64,000 nucleotides of DNA from Podarcis tiliguerta. Its lineage: Eukaryota. Below are positions 34,774 through 57,212 of the stretch, piece after piece. Where the stretch lies: the NCBI GenBank assembly GCA_965153285.1, contig OZ229110.1. One strand, 5' to 3'. The notes under the pieces are model-generated. The model had not been told where the DNA came from, made no database searches, and saw only the letters and a list, made by a program, of their open reading frames with translations. How positions within the stretch are numbered: position 1 is the first letter of the stretch; the number at the start of each line of letters is the position of its first letter. The position numbers and the translations under genes are program-made.

Positions 34774-37700
34774 ATCTGGTTGACCATTGCGAGAAGAGGG
34801 TGCTGGACTTGATAGTCCTCATGTCTGATATAGCAGGTCTGCTCTCATGTTCTTAGGCAATAGTAGCCAGTGCAAAAGATGTGCATAACATGCCAGGTCC
34901 CTGAAGATGCATATTGTGTTATTGGTTGCTATGCTGGTCTCAAACGACGAAAATCAAAATCAGTTCAATAATGCATCTCTTTTCCCCTCAGTTTTAAGTT
35001 ACTGGAACTGTATGCAAGTGCAGTGGGGAAACAGCAACTGCAATATTTATATTACTGAATGGGCTGTGAAAATCACTGCCATTGCTGCTCTTTTTCTGCA
35101 GCTTGATGCAGCGCCTTGTGAACCTTGGAAGGTTGCATATTTCAAGTGCCATCGATGAAGGCTGCTTTTGAAATGCTTTGAGACATTTCTGTGCTCACAG
35201 TGTGGGTGTCTTCACACTGTCGCCATTTGTGCTGACAGCTTTTTAAAGTGTGGGTGTGAACCACAGAGGAGGCTCCACAAGCAGGTATTTGCCTCTGAAT
35301 GGCTTGCTATGTGAGAGAGTAACCACGTGGAAGCAATCTGAGAGGAAGGGCACAGGTGTTTGAAACACACTAAGCTGCTTGGGGAGACTGAAATCTTTTT
35401 TGAGAGATTCTCAAAACAGCAATCATCAGATACTTGTGTTGAATGGAATATTTGGTTCTAAGGATAGGGTACTTTAAAAAAATAAATCCTTTGAGTTTAA
35501 TGTAGGCCTATTTGCCACAACCAACCACTGCTGTGCCTGCAGTTCAGACATAGCAGGTGGTTTAATTCACTGCACAGAATCTAGGAAGTTGGGAAGAAGG
35601 CTAGGTTACAATCTTTCCCTCCATCTGTGCAACTTTTTCCTATGGAGGAGTTCCAGCATGTACGTCTGTCTTTGTGGCTGACATGGGATATTCCAGGTGC
35701 AGGTTTACTGTCTTAGTTGCCTAAAAAAGGGGGGAAAACTTTGCCACTAAACGTCCAGAGAATGTGTTTAGGTTAACAGAAATATCCTGCTAGTTTAAAT
35801 GAAAAGATATAACTTAAGAATTCCTGCTGTGCTCACTGAAGGATTTTATGTATCACAGGAGTGTTTTAGCTAGTACTTAATTAGCATTGCTTGCTTAATA
35901 AGCTAGCTTCTACTTTTGCAGAACCAGCTGGAAGTGTCGTTACATTCGCCTTCTCTTAATAAGCACCCTGTGTGCCATGACGTTCTCCTACATATCAGCT
36001 CCCTTGAAAGCAAGAGGTGCTCCTTACAATTAGTTCCTTTAAGCTTTGAGCAAGAAATGCTCTCACAGGGCTAGGACCAAAGTGCAAATTTAACTTCTCC
36101 GTGCCCTGTCAGTCCTCCTCACAAATGTTTACATAGAAAGTGGAACAGGAGACAACTTGCAGAGAGACTTCCCTTACCAAAGGAAGATGAAGGCAGAGAC
36201 TGCTGCAGCCACAAGAGGGCACTACCCAACCCTGCTTAGACATTTTGGATTTTTAAAATAGTTTTTCCATGTTATGACTTGTCTTCAAGTTCACAATATA
36301 TTGTTTTCAAGCAAACCAGAACATCTGGAATAAGCATGAGTACACACACCTCTTTTTTTTGGGGGGGGAAGGTGGGGCAGAGAAGTCCTCTCTTCTAGAC
36401 TAAGCACTACTGAGTTTGAACAAGAGACTTTGGACAACAGCAGCAACATTCTGAACTGGTTCAGAGGGAAAGTTCTAACTGCACTGGAGGCCCTTAAGAC
36501 TTGTACATCCATCGTTCACACGAGTTTTGCAACCTGGTGCTCCAATTATTTTTTTTCGTGGTAGCCAATGTTTCCCCCCCACCCTTTGTGAAGAGTTCCT
36601 GCCTGTGTTGCTAATCAGTCAATGAGTCAGTCCTGAATAATGGCTGCTAAGTAGGGCCTGGAGTGGACTTAGGCCCAAGCATGGCTCTTTGTCCTATTTT
36701 TAACTTAAACGCAACAGCAGGGAAAACAGAACAATAGCGAAGCCTGTTCATCAGCCCAGCTGTAGAACCTATGTTTTTCCTTTAGCTTGGACAATTTCAA
36801 CCTATCATTAGTCTGTTCTGTTAGATACATTTCTATCATAACAGGCTAGCACTGCATATAGCAAGGAAGAAAAAGTCACAGATGAAGGTTGCGGCTGTTC
36901 AAGCCTGTGATTTAGATTTAAATGTGGGTTTTCTCACTCATCTTTTAGGGTTTTTTTTGAAGCTTGGCAGTAACAAATGAGCCAGTTCCCTATGCCAGCT
37001 CTTAGGTGGATTTCTCCAGCTTGGTTGAATTCAGGAGCAAGGCAGGCTATCCTTGACAGAAAGGAATTTCTTCTGCTCTCTAAAGGGATCCAGCATCAGT
37101 TCCATAAAGAACAAATGTCACTTACTTGGATTCACATGCAGTAACCCCTCTTCCCTAAGTGCGGGGGACTCTCTCACCCTCAAACTTCAATTATGGGTTG
37201 GAATAGTACTGTACTAGCAGACCTTTAGAAAACAGGAAGGCACAAGGGCCCTGTCCCATTTGTTGTCTTCAGAATCCTGGTGCCAGCTGCCTGCATGAAG
37301 ACCACCATCAGGGCAAAACTAACGTTCGCCTTGTCAGATTATTCATGCCTCCTTCTGCACATCTGCTGTGGTGGGACTGTGGTGATATAGCAGTTTAGAC
37401 AACCTCACATCATGCTTACCTCACTGTAAAAAAGGTATTCAAGGAACCAAAAAAAGTATTCAAGGAACAATAGCAGCTTTGTGCCATATTTACTTCTCCC
37501 ATCATCACACCCCTCCTACAGGTGCTTGTTTAACAGAGGCTGCCTCTGTCCTCAGCTCTGAATCAGTAGTTGGATATCTAGCCACCATCTGCTGTCCAGG
37601 TATGTGTACACACCTATGTGCCCATGTATCTCAGTCTATCAACAGCAGACCTATGTACAAAGATGCTTTCCCCACCAAAAGCCATGCCAAACTGAGATAA

Positions 37701-38244
37701 TGAGAAGTAATTGCAAAGAGCCCCAAAGGAGATCCTGCTCACCATTTCTGCTTTTGTAGTAGCCTCAAGCAAGTGTTCATTTGTAGCCTTGTTAAGGTTG
37801 CATGATCCAACAAGCCATGGGGTGAGGAAACTAGCTTTCTCCATGTTGCTGAACTACTTGCTATTGGCCATGCTGATGGGAACTGTAGATGGCCACAAGT
37901 TCTCTACCCCTGCTGTAGAGAATAGAAATTATCTACAAAGGTAGGAATAATAATAATTTGTCAAGAGAGTATGCAACTATATTGAGTCATCTTTGTTACC
38001 AAGCAACAGCTATCCCTCTCCCAAAGGCAGCCTCGGTTCAAGAAGATCAACCATGGAGGTAGGACTAAGATAGGACAGATTTCTGAGCATTTGTTTTCAA
38101 GAGAGCATGTGGTCCTATCTTCAGATGCAGCACAAAAAGGTGACTTAATACTCGGCAAACTTTAGAAAAAAGGCATCAAACCAGCGAGATGCAACATGCA
38201 AAGAGTCAACTTCAAAAATAAACACACCTTTGAGAACAACACTT

Positions 38245-38250
38245 TTTAAT
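38245..38250 (-). promoter_or_regulatory. distal poly(A) signal ATTAAA of HRAS
   Basis: Minus strand ATTAAAAAGTGTTGTTCTCAAAGGTGTGTTTATTTTTG, with a downstream GU/U-rich element. Confidence 0.5.
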
Positions 38251-39725
38251 GACATTTAAGGCTAGATTTGGGTTCTCATTTACACCTCCAACATTGGATC
38301 GACCCCCCCCCCTTTAAAAATCCACACCAGTCACCTAATTATTGGAAGGAACTTGTTTTCCTTAGCTCAGCTAGGGCCGAGCACCTGGCTTGACTATCTT
38401 ACTGGCAAAACCTTTAACGAAACAGCAAGTATAATTGGTACAGTCACATTAATACAGAGGAGCTGCTACCTGAAGAGCAGGAATTTGAGCTGTGCATGCA
38501 GCAGCATAGGCACAGCGGCTGCAAAGGAAAGAAGGGGTCAGAGCAGGAACAAGGAAACACACTCCTGTGCCTCCAGAGACCAGCTGCCCCTCCAGGAAGT
38601 TCACAAGATTTGCAACAAGCACATCAATGCAGTCAGCCCCAGCACAGGCAACAAGCATAAAAAACTGCTCAGGAAATGGCCAAACTTACAACAAAGAAGA
38701 AAGCCAACAAGTGACCATTTCTTGTCCATTAGGCACCCCTCCCCACCCCTTCATAAGACACAATGGTTCTGGGGGAAGAAAGACAGCACAGCTCCCAATG
38801 CCCCCCCCCCCACAAAAGGGACAAGAAAGAGCTGTTCTCCTTCAAACTCCATCAGGTAAATTAATGGATGAAACAGAAGTTGGGCTCAGTGAAACACAGA
38901 GACTAAAACGGAGAATCAAACATCCTTCAGTTGCAATCAACAAGCTGCTGTATAGTCATTTATATATTTACACATACACACAAGTCCTCCCAACACCACA
39001 GAAGGGGGGGGGGGAGTGACATGCTGCAAAGGAACACCCCCCTTCTCCCCCCACCCCCCACTCCAGGCCTGCAGGGAACTTTCACCAGGCAGTACTACTC
39101 TCCGCAGAGAAAACTCACTGGGTTGTTTTAGGACAGGGGAGAATTAACAATTGCCAAGAACAACGAGAAGGAACCGTCTTCCATGTTTACGCCAATGTAA
39201 ACCAACAGGGGCAAAGGTAAATGAAACCCAACTCTGGGAACAGCAGTTTGAGAATTGGCTTAGAATCCATTCATAAAGGAGGTATGTTTATATGTCTTCC
39301 CCCACCTCACCCCCAGAAATGGCTGAGACCAGTAAAGAGTTTCCCTACCACTATAGAATAGCAGAGTGTCAGTGGGTGGAATTTCTTGGCAACGCTTCCT
39401 GAAGAGGTATGATCTTCTGCAGGCCACAGCTAACTCTCTTTCTGAGATACAGTGATGGAGCCACTCAACCCACATTTGCTCCCTTTCTGTAAAAGGCTTC
39501 TTGAAATAGAAGCAGGCCAGGGCACAGCCACAGCTCCAACTAGGCTTTGGCCCCAGCCAAGGAGGCGAGCTCAAAGAGGCTGAAGCAGCGACCTGCCTGG
39601 CTGCTCTGCATGGGCCTCCCCCTCCCCTCTGCCAGTGCCTGCTCCAGAAGAACAGGCAATGCCAGTCAATCCTCGGGAACAGGGACAGAGATGCAGAAAC
39701 CAGTGTCAAGACCATCATACAATAA

Positions 39726-39731
39726 TTTACT
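39726..39731 (-). promoter_or_regulatory. proximal non-canonical poly(A) signal AGTAAA of HRAS
   Basis: AGTAAATTATTG on the minus strand, matching my recollection of the end of the short mammalian HRAS mRNA. Confidence 0.5.
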
Positions 39732-41721
39732 TCCATCTGTGGCTTTGTACAAGTTGCCAGGAGGGGGAGGGAGGCAAGGAGAGGAGAGGAGCGTTTCAAA
39801 AATAAAAATAAAAAATAGTTCATTGCAGGCCTTGGTGAAGTTTTGAGACAGTCTGTGCAGAGCTCTCGGGGCCTGCAGACACCATCTCGTCTGTCCCCTT
39901 CCCTTGAATCCACTTGATTCTTCTTTCATGTCACCTCTGTCTCTGCACTACACACAGTAGAAATCCCTCCAAGTCACAGTCTGGTCAGCTGGTGAACAGA
40001 GAAGACAGATATTAGAACAGCTCACCATTTCCTTAAGCACACATGGTTTCCCAATATATAACACACTTCAGAAACCTTTAAACGCACACTTTGCATTCTT
40101 CCTACCACACTGTTTTAAACAATGCCAAAAGACACAGAAAATAACTTTGCAGAATAAGGGAAATCCAGAGGGGGGACAGATTGCTTTGGAGAAAGCAGCT
40201 CTATGACACGGTTTTCTCCAGTGTGCTCTTTTCTCAAGGTTTGATGGTGTGGACTCTGTGGCTGCAACAACTCTGAGGCATGTTACAACTCTGAGGCATG
40301 TTACCACTCATGGAGTGGCCTTTCTGCAGCAAACAGCTAATGCTTAGAATAAGAAGATGGCGCTCTGTTACAGCTGACTCTTGACAAGCAGAGCAGTAAG
40401 TTCATGCAGCTGTTAAAAAGCTACCTATTATACAACAGGGCAAATTGCTTAGTGCCAAGTGCATTTTGGGGTGTTGAACTTAATAGCTACTGAGAATTCT
40501 CTCCTCTCCTCTCCCCCCCCCCCCCACGTTTACTGACTAGTTCCTTCCAACTTTTCATGGCATGGTTTGAAAGCACATGACACAGCAACCATGAAGAAGC
40601 TAAGAAGGGTTGGGTCAGTGGGATGGGAGAGCAGCAGGGAATCATATGAACACAACCTGAAGTTCACTAAATTTTGCCAGCATTTTAATAGCAATGGCTC
40701 TCTTCTGGGAAGAGGTCTGAATTAGTCAGTTTCTTCCTAAACCAGATTTAAGTCCAGATTCCCATGTTCATGTATATAACACGTGGTGTCTTGCCCCTCA
40801 ATGATTTACAGGCAACTGTGTGAATGGTCTCCCTTGAAAAAGAATAGCATTGGCTGCAGTGGCTTAAAAGCTTCCCATGTGTGACATTCAATAACTGCTG
40901 GTGGTGGTGACAGGTTGGCTTAAATATGATGTCACAGTGGAGACTCTTTGTCAGTCAACTTACAACACCAGCTGGCCACATAAAGCATCAAGACTGCTTT
41001 AATTTCCAGTCACTTGGCCATGCCTATCTCATCTTTCGCTACCATTGAGCTGTGCTGTTTTAAGAAGCATAGCAAATTTAAAAAAACAGTATAAAAATAG
41101 TATCAACACTTAACTAGGAATATGAAGGAAGAAAGTTTGGGTCAGTAATTGTAAAATATTTCGTAATGCTGAACTTCTCATTGAGGTTCCATTTCTTGCA
41201 GGAAAAATGGGTGCAGTACTCTTTAGTATCCTCAGGATGATGCTGTGACTCTTAAAGTCCATTTCCCAAGTTCTTTGATTTACCCATCCACTGAGCATAC
41301 AGTGTTTGCTGCATGTGGATATTGGCCTAGCCATGGGATTCCAATATAGGCAAATCTGGAGAGAATGCATGGCCCAATCTGTGATGCCTTCCATCACGTG
41401 CTTTAGCAGTAACAGTACCATCACCTGTTTTTAGTGCATAACACCAGCCTTGTAAATAACTATCCAAAGGATGGACATCGACTGTCTGCTGCTCCCTTCA
41501 CAGTTACGGCACTGGGAATGGCTCTGCTGTCTCACAGCTACTACTACTTTAATACTAGAAGACAGAAGAAGGCTTTAAGTCCACTATGATCTCAGCTCTG
41601 CTTTGTGTTGGGCAATGAAGAGATGAATGCATGTGTGGCTGCCCTCTCGTTTCCTTGAAGTACCACCCTTCTGGAAACTCAGAAGGTGGACTTGAACTCT
41701 GCATACACATGGGGCAGCTTG

Positions 41722-41852
41722 GAATCATAGAACTGAAGAGTTGGAAGGGAAAATTACGATCATCTAGTCCAACCCCTGCTATGCAGGAAATCCTTTTGGC
41801 TTGAACCCACGACCCTGAGATTAAGAGTCTCATGCTCTACCAACTGAGCTAT
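41722..41852 (-). mobile_element. tRNA-Lys(CTT)-derived SINE with a CR1 3' tail
   Basis: Minus strand TAGCTCAGTTGGTAGAGCATGAGACTCTTAATCTCAGGGTCGTGGGTTCAAGCC (tRNA-Lys core, no acceptor stem) joined to GGTTGGACTAGATGATC...TTCCAACTCTTCAGTTCTATGATTC. Confidence 0.8.
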
Positions 41853-43225
41853 CTATGAAGAAGGCTAAGGCCTGCCTATCATAATATATATTCATCCTTC
41901 TGGGTCTAACATTCAGTGTTAAGCTGCTTTTCTCAAAGCAGATATAAGATGAGGCTGGACACAGGTCATGCGGACAGAAATGGCTCAAACTCAATTTTTT
42001 TTTTTTGGGCCATCATTAGGACAAAGAGGAAGGAAATATAGCCACAGTGCCCAAACACTGTTCCCAGCATTAAACATAATATGCAATTCTAATTATGAAA
42101 CACTGGAAGATAGGGGATCACAAGATACAAATGCTACATGAGCAGACAGCAGGGCAACCAAAAAAAGGGAATTCACCTTCTGTAAAGATAGGACCTGTGG
42201 TGGTGGGATAAAAACTTGCAAGAAGCTTTCTATAGCTGGAAAGCTATTCTTTTGCATGACCCTGTCACTCCACTGCTCCCCTTTTAAGAATCCTAGACAT
42301 CGCACTTCCTGTAGCTTTACCCCTGCTTATGCAATTCTCCAAAGTCTTATGGGGACAGCTTGCTTTTTCAGAAAGATGCTGTCCAACATAAAGCTGGATC
42401 CCATTTGCACTGCAGATAATTACGGGAAAACCAGCTCCCATTTCCTCCACAAAAGAGCCGGGACCACACCTATAAGCATATTGCCAAGTTATGCACTCCT
42501 CACTGGCGCAGCTCTCTAGTAACAGAGAGAAAGAGAGGAGTTCAGGAAGGCCAGACCTTGACATTCCACAAACAACGAGGGTAGTGAATGGGGGTGTAGA
42601 AATGAACACACATTTGGCAAGAACAGGGCTTTCTCCTCCCCACAAGCTGTTGGCAGTAGCATCTCTCTCAGGGCAGGCAGTTTAAGGAGCGTTTGGGATT
42701 CATCTGTGCACTTTCAGCAGCAAAAGAACAGGAAATGGCCCCCCACCCAACCAAACTCACAACCCCGGCCAGAGGAAATGCTCTCAGACATCTGGATTAT
42801 TTGCACATCTGGAAACCCCCCTTTAAAACAACAATAGCTGCCCTAGGTACAGCTCAAGAATGGGGTCTGCTGGGAGATCCCAACCGACTTGACATCCATT
42901 CACTCTTCTGTCATAATTTTTTTCAGGCAGAGTAGAATTAAGTGTCGTTTTTTAATATAAAGCAACACACAAGCTGCTGCTTCCATAGAGAAGGGAAGAG
43001 CTCTGCTTACTGCTCAGCTACACAGGAAGGGTAGATTATACATTAAGTTCCATACAGTGAATGTAGATATTCATACTCATCTTTGACAGTAAGCCAGTCT
43101 AGTCTGAAGCATCTCCCCCAGTAATTGTGATCAAAACACACTTTTAATTGCTTTAGAACACAGGCTGCAAACTGCACCAGCCACACCCTACACCTTCCAA
43201 AATGCTTGAGGGACACCATCTAGTT

Positions 43226-43361
43226 CAGGCACCCCCAAACTTGGCCCTCCAGATGTTTTGGGACTACAACTCCCACCATCCCTAGCTAATAGAACCAATG
43301 GTCAGGGATGATGGGAACTGTAGTCCCGAAACATCTGGAGGGCCGAGTTTGGGGATGCCTG
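43226..43361. mobile_element. hAT-type palindromic MITE
   Basis: CAGGCA...TGCCTG ends, near-perfect fold-back, 8-bp TSD ATCTAGTT (43218-43225 and 43362-43369). Confidence 0.9.
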
Positions 43362-43570
43362 ATCTAGTTCATAAATATGAACAACTAAGGGAATCACCCA
43401 CAAACAAGACTAAGGAACTCAGCACAGTGCCTTTAATGCTCATTGCTTCTGGTTTTGCCCCATTCAGGAGGTAAAAGGAACTCTTCAAGCACTTAAGTTG
43501 CAGCCGATGATTTGGGGAAGTGGGCATTTTCCCTACATGCTTTGTTCATTTCCCCACCATCTTACCTTAG

Positions 43571-54396
<10,826 letters not shown>

Positions 54397-56001
54397 TCAG
54401 GGTTCCCTCAAAACACAGCGGCCTGAAAGAGAAGAGAATTGGATATAAACCACATGAATATTGGATGAACTCCTCAGCCCCACCCTTAACACAACTATTT
54501 GCCATTAATGCTACTTGACACCATGGCACAGTTAACAGCATCACAGCATGACGACGCAAGAGCCTCTGGAGCAAAGCAAAAGCAGCTACAGCAAAGGCAC
54601 CTGGTAGTCAAGGTCAACGGTCTATTCAGGTTCTTCTGCTGATACAAGACCCAGCTAGTTGCAGATTGCTGCCATTACAGGAATGCGGACAGCCCTCAAC
54701 ACCCACCCAGAAGCCCTGAAGGGGATTAAAGCCCTCTTATTAGAGCCCTTTTAAGGAATTATGTAAACAATGAGCAGGCAAAGTGAAGCACGGGCACGAA
54801 GGAAGAAATGGATATTCATTATTCAGGCCCAGTTAAATCAATGCTTAGTAGTTTGCTTTAAAATACATTGTCAGAACAGTGCAGATGATGAAGAGTGTAG
54901 TTTGGACAGGCTTCAAACCCCACCCCTCCCTGTCTTGACTAACTTAGCCCTTCACATGGCCAATGCAAAAAAAGACAAAATTAGATAAACACTTTGCACA
55001 CGAAAAAATGGGCTACTACTAGCAGCACAGAATGCCTGCTTTGCTCTTTCGTGCGTTATGATGAAATTCTCTCTCTCAACAATGAAGAATGATTATCAAT
55101 GTTGAAAATTAACTGTCATTGCCGGGCAATTTCATAGACATTTAGGGGGCCAATTCACATTACTCACATATTACCCAGTTATTTGAGAGACCATCTTACC
55201 CCTTGTATTCTCAGAAGGTCACTGCGTTCTGCAGGAGAGTTTCTCCCGGAAGATTCTAATTTTTTAGAAGCCTGCTCTATAGTTACTTGGAGCAGGGCTT
55301 TCAACATGGCTGCCTTAGGTTTAAAAACAATACAGAACACACATACCTATCTTCAGTTATCAGTTTTTGCATTGTTTTTAAAGCTATTTTTTATTTTAAT
55401 GGTCTAGAGACTAACAAGGAAGGAGATTCATAAAATACTTTTTTGATGCTGCTGCTACAAGTCCTGATCACTTCTTATATGCATACAGACATAATTTTAT
55501 TTGTATGCTGCCTTTCCATAGGCCAAACCACACTTAAGGAGGCTTATAACAGGGGGGAAAATACATAATTACAGCATAACAAAAGTAGTCACAAATAGTA
55601 AACAAAATATAAAAAATATACAACCAAGGTGAACTATTTCCACATAAATCATAAGATCTAAAATAAAGATACTAAAAATTAACATCAATAACAGCAACAA
55701 CCGCCCCCCACCAGTCATGCAAATGTAACACAATGTAGAAAGGGGGTAAATCATGGAGAGAATTAGCAGCAATTCCTACAACCATAGTGACTGAAATAAG
55801 TGCTGCCATAATTAAGGGACCTGGTGCCAGCTGTATGATCACACAATATGCTTGTCCATTGCAAGCATGTGGCTGGAGATGATTCTGACTGCTCATATGT
55901 AGATAAGATATGTTCTGTGAACTGGTCCTTATTCGTAACAGCTTCCATTTTCTCCAGCTCTTTTTCATGTCATATTTTTGAGAGGAATTGCCTTTAAATT
56001 T

Positions 56002-56380
56002 GCAGTACGTTTCCGAACACAATTCAAAGTGTTGGTGTTGACCTTTAAAGCCCTAAACGGCCTCTGCCCAGTATACCTGAAGGAGCATTTCCACCCCCAT
56101 CGTTCTGCCCGGATACTGAGGTCGAGCGCCGAGGGCCTTCTTGCGGTTCCTTCACTGCGAGAAGCTAAGCTACAAGGAACCAGGCAGAGGGCCTTCTCGG
56201 TAGTGGCGCCCGCCCTGTGGAACGCCCTCCCATCAGATGTCAAAGAGATAAACAACTACCTGACATTTAGAAGACATCTGAAGGCAGCCCTGTTCAGGGA
56301 AGTTTTTAATGTGTGACATTTTAATGCATTTTTAATCTTTGTTGGGCGGGGTACAAATAATAAATTACTATTACTATTAC
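56002..56380 (+). mobile_element. L2-clade LINE 3' end (ORF2 C-terminus, 3'UTR and (TTA/TAC)n tail)
   Basis: Translation FKVLVLTFKALNGL.P.YL...RAFSVVAPALWNALP..F.R.LK..LF, then AATAAA and a short tandem tail. CpG retention suggests a young copy. Confidence 0.85.
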
Positions 56381-57027
56381 TTTAACGCTACGGGAATTGC
56401 ATACATTTTCCATGGGCAGAAAAAAAACAATTTAATTTTTCTTTTGATACTCTGCATTATGCCTTTTGATGGCAAGTTTCCATTAATGGCATTAAGATCA
56501 GACACAGGCACTCAGTAGCAGAACTGAAAAACAGCAGCAAAGTGCCTTTTATCCCATTTCTCCTTTATCATTTATTATACTGATACCCCCGCCATATGGC
56601 CCCAGAGTGCCCTCAGGGCGGCTTATGTAACTTGATAACAAAAATGTAGGAACAGCACAAATATCAATTTAACTTACTAAAACTACAGACGCAACAGAGA
56701 AGCAGAAACAATTAAGAGGTCCAGTCTTAAATAAATAAAGTAGAGGGCTTGCTCACATTGGGCGGCACCCCTCTTCCAGAACATTCTCAATGAAAATTCT
56801 CAGGGGTTCCAAAGACAAAAGCCCCTCATATTTCCTACCAGAAATTCCAAATGCCATGGGGATGCAACAGTGCTTCTCTGGTTAACTTAAAGCAGAGATG
56901 GGAAACGTACAAGCTGCAGCAATACTTGGAAGGCCACAACTCCCATCATCCCTGGCCACTAGTCATGTTGGCTGAGGCTGACAGGAGCTGTAGTTCAACA
57001 GCATCTGTTTATGGTCCATTTGGGAAA

Positions 57028-57212
57028 GGGCCACACCTCAGTGGCACAGCATCTTCTGTGTATATGGAAGGTCCTAGTCTTAATCCCTGGCAACTTCAGG
57101 CAAGGATGAGGGAGATCTTAGTCAGAAATTCTGGAGCAGTTGCTGGTCAGTGTAAACAACACTGAGTTAGATGGACCAAAGGTCTCACTCAGCATAAGGC
57201 AGTTTCCTATGC
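57028..57212 (+). mobile_element. decayed tRNA-headed SINE with a CR1-like tail
   Basis: CTCAGTGGCACAGCAT...AATCCCTGGCA head, TAGATGGACCAAAGGTCTCACTCAGCATAAGGCAGTTTCCTATG tail. Confidence 0.6.

Larger units (their letters stand above)
38225..39988 (-). other. HRAS: HRAS terminal non-coding (3'UTR) exon
   Basis: Acceptor tcttctctgttcaccag| at 39989. It contains TGCACAGACTGTCT and CACAGATGG..AGTAAATTATTG..GATGGTCTTGA, blocks I recall from the mammalian HRAS 3'UTR. Distal ATTAAA at 38250-38245 is followed by a GT/T-rich tract. The 3' end is approximate. Confidence 0.7.

Noticed and set aside
33300-38200. Searched the intergenic gap for RNH1 (leucine-rich-repeat) exons, since RNH1 follows HRAS in human
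   Set aside because: No LRR-like translation or consistent exon chain was seen. A TBLASTN search would be needed to exclude decayed remnants.
39279-39409. Two let-7 6-mer seed matches (TACCTC) in the HRAS 3'UTR
   Set aside because: Only 6-mers, close to chance expectation in about 1.8 kb, with no 7-mer or 8-mer context.
38353-39929. Long ORFs of 150-217 aa (38353-38859, 38567-39019, 39260-39913)
   Set aside because: They lie in or antisense to the HRAS 3'UTR, mostly have non-ATG starts, and show no recognisable domain.
41798-41851. Near-perfect tRNA-Lys(CTT) sequence on the minus strand
   Set aside because: Both acceptor-stem strands are missing and it is fused to a CR1 tail, so it is a SINE head and not a tRNA gene.
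55978-56316. 112-aa ORF that looks like real protein
   Set aside because: It is the C-terminus of an L2 LINE ORF2 and not a host gene.
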